From an uncultured virus (IMG/VR IMGVR_UViG_3300042485_000398) (taxonomy: Duplodnaviria; Heunggongvirae; Uroviricota; Caudoviricetes), in IMG/VR virus record IMGVR_UViG_3300042485_000398, positions 1 to 64,000 of that record: DNA of 64,000 nucleotides. One strand, given 5' to 3'. The stretch's first letter is position 1; each line of letters begins with the position of its first letter. A model generated the notes under the pieces. It searched no databases and was not told where the DNA came from. It was given only the letters and a program-made list of their open reading frames with translations. Position numbers and translations under genes: made by a program. Positions 56,732-64,000 of the stretch are shown here, in pieces.

Positions 56732-57429
56732 TATTTGTCCAATACGGATGACGGCAACGTGTAGTGATAGATGACAATCTCTTGTCCTTGCAATTCTTCT
56801 TGTTTGTACCCGATGACAAAATTCCACCTTGCATCTGGATCAGGAAATCTTCCTGTTTTTACACCCATATCCCCGTATGTCAATAAGCGCCACATTGTAA
56901 ATGTGTCCCACTGTAGTGCTTCTTTTGGATAGTGTTGTCTATCATAACTAGGTTCATTCTGCTTACAATATTCGCCCCACCAAGCGCCCATCAATTTCAG
57001 TGTTTGTGAATTATTGCGGTAGACGAATAGACCGCAATGCTCGGTCATTTCTTCTGTATCAGATAGCTTTGTTAGGGCTGCATTATATGGACGATTTGCT
57101 GTAAAAATCACATCTATATCATCTGGAATCTGATCAAAGATTTTTAGAATATCGTCGTGTTGAACTTCTGTATCACAGTCCATATAAACTGTCAAGTCAT
57201 ATGGAGTTTTATCTAGCGCCCAGAGTTTGGCTCTCTTGTGATATGGAACACCATCTGTAATAATGTTCTCGAAGATTTCTTCATCACCTGGTTCTATCCA
57301 TTCTGCATGAGTGAATAAAGTAATCTTTGCTTCTGGCCAATAGTCTAGAAGTGATAGTGCAGAGTTTTTCGCGGCTCTATAGTAACCTCTACGAAGCGAT
57401 GCTACATAAACGAATCCGTTATTCTGCAT
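56731..57429 (-). CDS. GT-A (GT8-like) glycosyltransferase
   Basis: RAKLWAL..TPYDLTVYMDCDT (DxD), HCGLFVY, WDTF, RWN and IYHYT motifs. Confidence 0.72.
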   Translation of the reverse strand: MQNNGFVYVASLRRGYYRAAKNSALSLLDYWPEAKITLFTHAEWIEPGDEEIFENIITDGVPYHKRAKLWALDKTPYDLTVYMDCDTEVQHDDILKIFDQIPDDIDVIFTANRPYNAALTKLSDTEEMTEHCGLFVYRNNSQTLKLMGAWWGEYCKQNEPSYDRQHYPKEALQWDTFTMWRLLTYGDMGVKTGRFPDPDARWNFVIGYKQEELQGQEIVIYHYTLPSSVLDK

Positions 57430-57886
57430 TCTTTTCTTCTTCCATGATCAGCATGGTAGCATATGCCATAACTTCAAGCGCAGACTTCGATCTACGTATC
57501 TTAGTTTTCATTACCTTGTTAGTTGAATTTTTGATGGTAAGAACTTCGAAGGCTTCTAACTTAGCTTCGAAAAGAGTCTCATCTTTACGGCGCTGTAGAT
57601 CGACCTTCGATCTTTCCATGCGCTGGCGAACTTCTTCGGTGCGGCGCTCTTCGCGAAGTCGAGTATTTTCATCAATATCTTCTTCAGTAAACTTTTCCAT
57701 AATAGCAATATAGTCTGGATTGCCACCTTCACCCGACACAGATGCTGGCAGTCTCTTACCATCTGGATAGATGATAATTACCATTACTTGCTGTAGTTCT
57801 TTATTTAGCCAAAAGGGTTCTTCGTAGTCTTTTGTTTCGGCAATGATGGCCGAATCCAATACGATGGCGTCTTCATTCACAATCAT
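57419..57886 (-). CDS. Hypothetical protein
   Basis: 155 aa; LFEAKLEAFE..IKNS..K.KIRRSKS pattern; SD GGAG. Confidence 0.6.
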   Translation of the reverse strand: MIVNEDAIVLDSAIIAETKDYEEPFWLNKELQQVMVIIIYPDGKRLPASVSGEGGNPDYIAIMEKFTEEDIDENTRLREERRTEEVRQRMERSKVDLQRRKDETLFEAKLEAFEVLTIKNSTNKVMKTKIRRSKSALEVMAYATMLIMEEEKNAE

Positions 57887-57930
57887 TCAACTCTCCATAA
57901 AAAGAAATAATATAAAGTATATAGTATAGT

Positions 57931-59361
57931 TTAAGCGGTACGAATCCAAAGAGATACTGTTGATACTGTATCTTTAGTTGCTTGAATTGTATCGCCCGCA
58001 TATGTACCAGAATATGTTCCAGAATAGGTTCTAGAGCCAGAATACCCACCCGAATATGTTCTTGAACCGGCAAATGAGTTTGCATATGTGCCAGAATAAG
58101 TTCTGGAGCCAGAATAACTGGCGGAGTAAGTTCTAGAACCAGCAAATGAACCGGCAAAATTTGTTGGTTCCGATACATATCCTGCATTCGAATATGTTCT
58201 GGTACCAGCAAATGTTCCGGTAAAATTGGTTGATGCTGATACATAGCTGGTTGAGTATGTGCGCGAACCAGCGAATGTACCACCAATAAAACCACCGTAA
58301 TATAGAATATAGCTGGCAGAATATGTTCTAGAACCTGCAAAGGGTCTAGTCCCCGCGAAGTTGGTTGCATAAGATCCAGAATATGTTCTAGAACCTGCAA
58401 ACGTTCTAGTACCAGAGAAGTTAGTCACATAAGATCCAGAAAATGCTCTAGACCCAGCATATGTTGTGCTGTAAGTTCTGCCTCCGGCAAAGGTATTTGT
58501 ATATCCCGCCGGGGTATATGTTCTAGTTCCAGCATATGCTGCATTAGAATATGTTCTGGTACCACTATAGGCGCCGGTATAGTTTTCAGACGCGACTTGT
58601 TCACGAGTATCAGAAGCTGAACCCATGCTAACCCAAGTACCAGGAGATGGCGATGATGCTTGGATCTTATATGTACCAATACTGGTGCTGATAATACGAT
58701 TTCTGAAATAAGGAATCATTTCCTGAATTTCAGTATCGGTCATTTGCTTTACGTTATTGCCACTATATGTTTTCAGTGGACGAAGATCGGCATTCGGTGA
58801 TGTTGTAGCCGCAGTCTTCTGCCAAATATAATAAGTTGTGTTACCACCATTTGCAACATCGGTGATGGTGTAACGTGAGGTCCATGTACCGCCACTTGGC
58901 GCCGAGCCAGCAAGACGATACTGTCCCGCAGTATACTCTGATTCAGTAACCATTGCTGTGACCGCTTGGTCAATAATATCATTGCGGATCTGAGCGTCTG
59001 TCATTTGCTGAATTGCAGTGTCATATTGCAAAGGACGGTTTGTGATTGTACCAGCATCCTCAGCAGTAATTTGCTTTGCATAATACGTTACGGTGGCTAT
59101 AGCACCAGTAGCTGGGTGAGTACCAGTCGCTTCTGTTCTATCCGTATCAGCAAAAGTGCCGATTGCGGTACCAGAAAGTGCGTTTGCTGTATCAATATTA
59201 AGGTCAGCCGTATTAGAACCATTGCTTGCCGCGCCAGCAAATCCTACTGTGATTTTATTTGCAATATAATTTTTGACTTCCGTATTTGACATGGTCTGCA
59301 AACCCTGAAAGTTTGCAGAAGTAATCGGTGTAGCAGATGCTTTGAGCTTTAACGGGTTCAT
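57931..59361 (-). CDS. Virion-associated Ser/Thr/Gly/Tyr repeat protein
   Basis: Duplicated RPL..QMTD N-terminal modules followed by 14 [FY][AS]G[STG]R repeats. Confidence 0.7.
   Translation of the reverse strand: MNPLKLKASATPITSANFQGLQTMSNTEVKNYIANKITVGFAGAASNGSNTADLNIDTANALSGTAIGTFADTDRTEATGTHPATGAIATVTYYAKQITAEDAGTITNRPLQYDTAIQQMTDAQIRNDIIDQAVTAMVTESEYTAGQYRLAGSAPSGGTWTSRYTITDVANGGNTTYYIWQKTAATTSPNADLRPLKTYSGNNVKQMTDTEIQEMIPYFRNRIISTSIGTYKIQASSPSPGTWVSMGSASDTREQVASENYTGAYSGTRTYSNAAYAGTRTYTPAGYTNTFAGGRTYSTTYAGSRAFSGSYVTNFSGTRTFAGSRTYSGSYATNFAGTRPFAGSRTYSASYILYYGGFIGGTFAGSRTYSTSYVSASTNFTGTFAGTRTYSNAGYVSEPTNFAGSFAGSRTYSASYSGSRTYSGTYANSFAGSRTYSGGYSGSRTYSGTYSGTYAGDTIQATKDTVSTVSLWIRTA
57995..58585 (-). 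repeat. Imperfect [FY][AS]GSRTYS repeat array
   Basis: 14 copies counted in the translation; recurring gaatatgttctagaacc in the DNA. Confidence 0.85.
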
Positions 59362-59372
59362 TTTTTATAGCC

Positions 59373-59855
59373 TTAATTTAGTCTAGTGCCGCTCGAATCA
59401 AATACCAACAGAGGTGTAAGTGAATACCAATCTGTAGCATCCTTAGCAACAAAAGTGGCAGATGATCCAGCAGCCACCGTTACAGCAACGTTAACCGTTC
59501 CGCCGTTAATCTTGTCTGATACGTTTGGATAAACTAGTAGATTTGTTGCAGTAGTATTAACAAGTGTATAGGTCAACGAGGCTTCGGCTGTTGGAAGTTT
59601 GACACCTGCTCCAGAACCCACTGTAGTGATAATATTATAAACATCCGAAAGTTCTGTTGCTCCAGACTGGTTTGTTCCTGCCGCAGAAACAGTAGCCGAG
59701 ATGGAAGGCTTTAGATCGCCCGTTAGAGTAAGATTACCAAACGTGGGATTAGACCCGGATTCATACTTGTCAGTATTCAGATTGTTGAAGTTATTATCAA
59801 CTTCGGTATTTGTAAGTGGCGACCCCTTTACGGATCTAAGTGTAATTGTGGCCAT
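59373..59855 (-). CDS. Virion structural protein
   Basis: ITLRSVKGSPLTNTEVDNNF N-terminus typical of fibre/baseplate proteins; ends VFDSSGTRLN. Confidence 0.7.
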   Translation of the reverse strand: MATITLRSVKGSPLTNTEVDNNFNNLNTDKYESGSNPTFGNLTLTGDLKPSISATVSAAGTNQSGATELSDVYNIITTVGSGAGVKLPTAEASLTYTLVNTTATNLLVYPNVSDKINGGTVNVAVTVAAGSSATFVAKDATDWYSLTPLLVFDSSGTRLN

Positions 59856-59857
59856 AT

Positions 59858-60091
59858 CTATCTACCTTGGTTCTGTAATATTTGCTGCAACAACAATTTG
59901 ATATCTAGCATCTCTTGTTTCACACTATTTATATCATTTTCAAATTGTCGAAGCTGATTTGTTTGTTCTCGAACTTTGTTTTTTCTAGCTTTGTATGCTG
60001 ATAATCCAGCAACATCGGTAGAAATAATGGCTTTTGAATGGCCATCTCTAACATATTTAGTTGTGTCGTCCAGATGATATCTTTGTCCCAT
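59858..60091 (-). CDS. Small conserved hypothetical (coiled-coil C-terminus)
   Basis: YVRDGHSKAIISTD...EMLDIKLLLQQIL; follows the large virion protein. Confidence 0.65.
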   Translation of the reverse strand: MGQRYHLDDTTKYVRDGHSKAIISTDVAGLSAYKARKNKVREQTNQLRQFENDINSVKQEMLDIKLLLQQILQNQGR

Positions 60092-60092
60092 G

Positions 60093-63000
60093 TTATACCT
60101 GTAGAGCTATTGCACGAAGTTCACGACATTTTGGAACAACACTGGTTTGATTTGAAAGAAGAACTACTTTAACTGCGAAAGTTTTGTAGCCCGTGTAAGT
60201 TACGCCGTCAGTGGTATATTCCAATACGCCATCACCATTCAATTCGGTCGATGGAATATCATATGTATACTCAATGAAACTGGATGAAGTAACAGTCGGC
60301 GGAGTAGTTGTTAATTCGATCCAATCTTTTTCTTCAAACGGTGCTGGATCACTTTGATGTAGGAATCTGCCATATACCTTTACATCTGTTCCATTTGGAA
60401 CATACTGACTTAGATATACTCTAAGGTCTTCTGCTTCCTGCCCGTCATCTAGAACAACTTGACGAGAAACATACTTAGACCTTGCTTCACCGATACCAAT
60501 ATCTTCGTCTGTTGCATCATTGTTAACATCATTTGCGATTGCAATCATAGAACATTTTCTAAGGTCGATAACAGGTGAAACCGTAGAAGTCTGTGATGAC
60601 ATGCCCAGTTGAATTTTAAACGACTTATCTCCGTCGAGATCGTTTTGCTCATTTGAATATGAACGAATAGCCGCATCGATAGTCAACTCTGTGGTTTTAT
60701 CTGGCACAAAATTCTCATACGATGTCGATGCTTCTGTTTCGGAACCAGTATTTGCCGTGGCAGAATACGAAAAAATAAGTTGACATGGAGTATGATCCAT
60801 ATATGCAAGATTTGCACCCAATGCATTCAACACTTTATCCTCAAGTTCTGCTATTAGAGCATGAGAAGTGCCGTTGCCTACTCGGTCATTGACAGTGAAG
60901 TTCCCGCTCTCAACATAAATCTTAGCAACGTTGTATAGAGTATCGTAAGTATGAGCAAAGCCGGAATTGAGAGTAACACCGATATTTACATTCGATCCAC
61001 CAGTCATAGTCAAAGTTGGATTGCTGGTATATCCAGCGCCGGGATTTGTCACTGCTACATTAGTCACTGCACCGCCGGTAACAGTAACTGCAACCGTAGC
61101 ATTGGTTGTTGCACCACCGCCCGAAAGTGTGCGGGCAACAACTGTTGTAACTGTGTATGTTAGACCGGTTAGCGTGCCAGCAGTAGTTACGATTGCGTCA
61201 CCAGATTGAGTTGTCAGCGTGAATCCAGTAACAGCACCAACCGAACCTGTAACAGCAGAAACCTTATAGACAGTTCCTGTCGCATAACCAGATATTGTAG
61301 CAGTACCACCCAGAGTACCAGTGATAGTTACAAGATCGCCAACAACAAGTTTTGAAGCACCGCAAGTAAACTGGCCTGCAGTTCCAGAAACAGCAACAGT
61401 TGCGACAAGGGCACTACCATAACCAGTGCCTGCGTTGATTATATTAAACGAGAATCCATGAATTTTATCACCCGGAGAAAATTGAGAACTTGAGAAGGAA
61501 TGAAATTTTGCGTAATCGATATCATGTGTATTCAGTGCGACCGTACCAGTTGTGCCGATTGCAAAGTTTGCTCTCTGTAAACTAAACTTAATATCTTCTG
61601 CCTGATATGCGGTCCAAGTTCTGTTGTTCGCGGATGTAAATAGAACACCGACATTAGGCTGCTCTGAAATACGAGTTGTTGTGTTAAGTTGGTTTTCACC
61701 CAATTCAGAAACCCAAATTTCATAGTTGGGATCATTACCCGCTGGCAGAAGAACAAAGCAATACTCGGTATTGTTTTGTAAGAATACGGGAGATGGGAAA
61801 GTAAACTTAGTTGACGTAGCACCATTTTCGGCATCGATGTTTACCTGACCAGGGGATAGTGTTACTTCACCGAAAGGAATTACTCTATCACCCGGATAAC
61901 CATTTACCACTTCTCGTAGTTGCAGGGTAATAGGATTTGTGGTAGATTTTTTCTTAAAGTAGGTATCTATTGAAGTCACATAACATCCAAACGGCACCTC
62001 AGAAACCATAAACGTCTGTGCGATTGGATCGGGAGCTCCGAACCTAAAATCAAACATTGATAAGTCGAAGTCAAACATTGGTAGATCTGGCACAACGGGT
62101 GGTTCAGGTTGAACAACTGGCGGTGCCGGCGGTAGCGGAGCAGGATCTGGAGCAGTTACAGTAACATTAGTTACCTCAGTGACGTTATTGGTAACGTTGG
62201 TCACAGATGTATTATTGATATTTTGTGTAACCTGAGTGACTTCGGTAACATTTGTGGTATTATTGATTGTAGTAAATGTATTATTTACCACTGTTGTTTG
62301 AACAACACCAACCGCTCTTTCACCTAGTCGATTTGTTGTCGTATTGCTATCGGAAACCGATCTACTATCCGACAGATTTGAGGTTGCCAGATTAGCAACT
62401 CTTGTAGAAATAACAGTATCTTGAACGCTTTGTGATAAACCATTCGCAGAGAATGTCATCGAGGCAGCGGTAGTAATAAACTTGGGTCTGTTTTTAGAAT
62501 CATCGGTAAGTCTGAATAGCTTTTCTCCGACGCGGAAAGTACCAGCAGGAATTCTGAATTGACCAAAGCATTCACCAGACGCATTTGTGATCAGTGGGTC
62601 GCCATAATCACCAGTTGCTAGTGATGTATTTTGAACAGAATTTGTTGCGCCGCTAACAACACCAGATAACGGACGACAATGAGCCTCAACAGTGGCACCG
62701 TCAAAGAATGGATATACACGAGTAAGCGGCTTCATTCTCGTTGCTTTAAACGTCACAATAATAGAACGCATAAACGGAATGATAGAAGTATTTGTTACTC
62801 TAGGACCAATTCGTTGAGTTTGTGTTTCCGGCGTTACAGTAAGTTGAACGCCCTGACGAGTTTGTCTTTGTTCTGTTGTCGTTGTTACGATAGCAATATC
62901 TTCTTGGAATAGAGTATCGCCTCGTATGGCAGTGTTACCCGCTGCCGTTTGTGTGTTTGTAGTAACTCTACCCGTTCCGGTATCTTGCCAATCTTCCCAC

Positions 63001-63998
63001 TGAGTGCCCCATGCATCAGCAAGAGTTTCCCAAGCATCATAGTTACCATCAAAATTAGCAGAAATATCAGGAAGAACAGAAGTGTCTGTCCAGTTATCAA
63101 CAGGAGGATCGAGGTCTATTTCACCGATATATGTGAACAGAAGTTCACCGGTGCAATTACGGAACTTAGATGCTTGTAACTGACTCATCATCGTAAATTC
63201 GGTATACGGTAGTGTCAGTAGATCGCCTGTTTTTGTAATATTAGACGAGTTTGCAGAATCATACTGTAGGTCCACATTTTCCATGAAGAAGAATGGACGC
63301 ATTTCTTTTGCGTTTGGATCGATAGCAATATGGTATTCATTACTTAGAACATTACCGACATTATGTCCGGTGAATGCATCTACAAGAATACCGTTCTTAA
63401 AGCGATCTAGGCCGTTGGTATCAGTAATACTCAAATCACTAGCAGATTTTTCTAGTAAATTTAGCGAAGTGTAGTATTCCAGTCGATTTAGTCGCTGTTC
63501 TAGCTGACCAATATCGCGCATTGTATAACGACGATTATCAATTGCCTTATACTTAATTCCATAATCCGGTCTACCCACAGATTTAGCAACGTTGGGTGCC
63601 AGAGAAGGATACGGAGGAATGTCTATAACCGCGATAGATAAAGAATTCTCCGGTTCTACTGGTTCAAGTGGACTTAAAGAAGATACACCATATACAGAGG
63701 AAAATACACCCTCGTCGTCCATAACAATTCTATCTTTACGTCCCAGATAATACTCAATGTCTGTAGTAAATTGTTCTGTCGGGAAAGGTGTTATAATAGC
63801 TGCGCCAGTAGGACCACTAGGTGAAGAACCTACTGCAGGATTAACTGTCGCTGAGCCAGGGCTTGTCGTGAATGTAATAGTATCATCCCAGCGAGGACGA
63901 AAATCTAGTGTGTCGCGAAGATCATATGTGACCCCGGAAGTTGTAGAGGTATAAATTGGAATTTGTTCTGTGCGAATTTTGCCCGCTGGTGTAGTTTC
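60093..63998 (-). CDS. Very large baseplate/virion structural protein (DUF4815-like), 5' end outside the window
   Basis: Frame is open to the window edge; LRDTLDFRP, RRYTMRDIGQLEQR..LEYYTSLNLLE, RFKNGILVDAF, DPIAQTF and YKTFAVKVVL motifs. Confidence 0.85.
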   Translation of the reverse strand, partial: ETTPAGKIRTEQIPIYTSTTSGVTYDLRDTLDFRPRWDDTITFTTSPGSATVNPAVGSSPSGPTGAAIITPFPTEQFTTDIEYYLGRKDRIVMDDEGVFSSVYGVSSLSPLEPVEPENSLSIAVIDIPPYPSLAPNVAKSVGRPDYGIKYKAIDNRRYTMRDIGQLEQRLNRLEYYTSLNLLEKSASDLSITDTNGLDRFKNGILVDAFTGHNVGNVLSNEYHIAIDPNAKEMRPFFFMENVDLQYDSANSSNITKTGDLLTLPYTEFTMMSQLQASKFRNCTGELLFTYIGEIDLDPPVDNWTDTSVLPDISANFDGNYDAWETLADAWGTQWEDWQDTGTGRVTTNTQTAAGNTAIRGDTLFQEDIAIVTTTTEQRQTRQGVQLTVTPETQTQRIGPRVTNTSIIPFMRSIIVTFKATRMKPLTRVYPFFDGATVEAHCRPLSGVVSGATNSVQNTSLATGDYGDPLITNASGECFGQFRIPAGTFRVGEKLFRLTDDSKNRPKFITTAASMTFSANGLSQSVQDTVISTRVANLATSNLSDSRSVSDSNTTTNRLGERAVGVVQTTVVNNTFTTINNTTNVTEVTQVTQNINNTSVTNVTNNVTEVTNVTVTAPDPAPLPPAPPVVQPEPPVVPDLPMFDFDLSMFDFRFGAPDPIAQTFMVSEVPFGCYVTSIDTYFKKKSTTNPITLQLREVVNGYPGDRVIPFGEVTLSPGQVNIDAENGATSTKFTFPSPVFLQNNTEYCFVLLPAGNDPNYEIWVSELGENQLNTTTRISEQPNVGVLFTSANNRTWTAYQAEDIKFSLQRANFAIGTTGTVALNTHDIDYAKFHSFSSSQFSPGDKIHGFSFNIINAGTGYGSALVATVAVSGTAGQFTCGASKLVVGDLVTITGTLGGTATISGYATGTVYKVSAVTGSVGAVTGFTLTTQSGDAIVTTAGTLTGLTYTVTTVVARTLSGGGATTNATVAVTVTGGAVTNVAVTNPGAGYTSNPTLTMTGGSNVNIGVTLNSGFAHTYDTLYNVAKIYVESGNFTVNDRVGNGTSHALIAELEDKVLNALGANLAYMDHTPCQLIFSYSATANTGSETEASTSYENFVPDKTTELTIDAAIRSYSNEQNDLDGDKSFKIQLGMSSQTSTVSPVIDLRKCSMIAIANDVNNDATDEDIGIGEARSKYVSRQVVLDDGQEAEDLRVYLSQYVPNGTDVKVYGRFLHQSDPAPFEEKDWIELTTTPPTVTSSSFIEYTYDIPSTELNGDGVLEYTTDGVTYTGYKTFAVKVVLLSNQTSVVPKCRELRAIALQV

Positions 63999-64000
63999 GT

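Noticed and set aside
57873..58400. 175-aa alternate-frame ORF with LEHIL repeats
   Set aside because: It is a frame-shifted read of the GSRTYS repeat array with no independent start signal.
57995..58585. Short DNA repeats resembling a CRISPR array or a DGR template/variable repeat
   Set aside because: The repeats are imperfect, in frame and irregularly spaced, with no unique spacers, cas genes, reverse transcriptase or adenine-specific mismatch pair in the window.
1..64000. Stop-codon reassignment or alternative genetic code
   Set aside because: All core genes translate full length in the standard code, and no suppressor tRNA is present.

Overview
64 kb of a T4-like myovirus genome with a cyanophage/phiM12-type gene order (gp23 followed directly by gp3, uvsY, uvsW, gp55, gp47, gp46, with no gp24). 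Almost all genes are on the minus strand. In genome order the window holds: a truncated large baseplate/virion protein; a fibre region interrupted by a plus-strand glycosyltransferase/methyltransferase cassette; neck, terminase, tail and head genes (gp13-gp23); recombination and replication genes (uvsW/X/Y, gp46/47, gp45/44/62, regA, gp43, gp41); host-type accessory genes (Dps, peroxiredoxin, sHSP, peptide deformylase, ClpP-like, 2OG-Fe oxygenases, secreted nuclease, tRNA-Arg); a holin/spanin lysis cassette with an embedded o-spanin; and putative internal head proteins. An alphaproteobacterial host is inferred but not proven. Most notable: (1) five sigma70 promoters carry a GANTC (CcrM/GcrA-type) site at one fixed position; (2) a late-promoter glycosylation/hydroxylation cassette sits next to Ser/Thr-repeat virion proteins; (3) modular polyprotein-like head proteins and enzymes carry capsid-targeting-like tags; (4) a ROSE-type RNA thermometer lies upstream of the sHSP; (5) fibre genes share N- and C-terminal docking-like modules. 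All family assignments come from motif recognition and synteny, not database searches.
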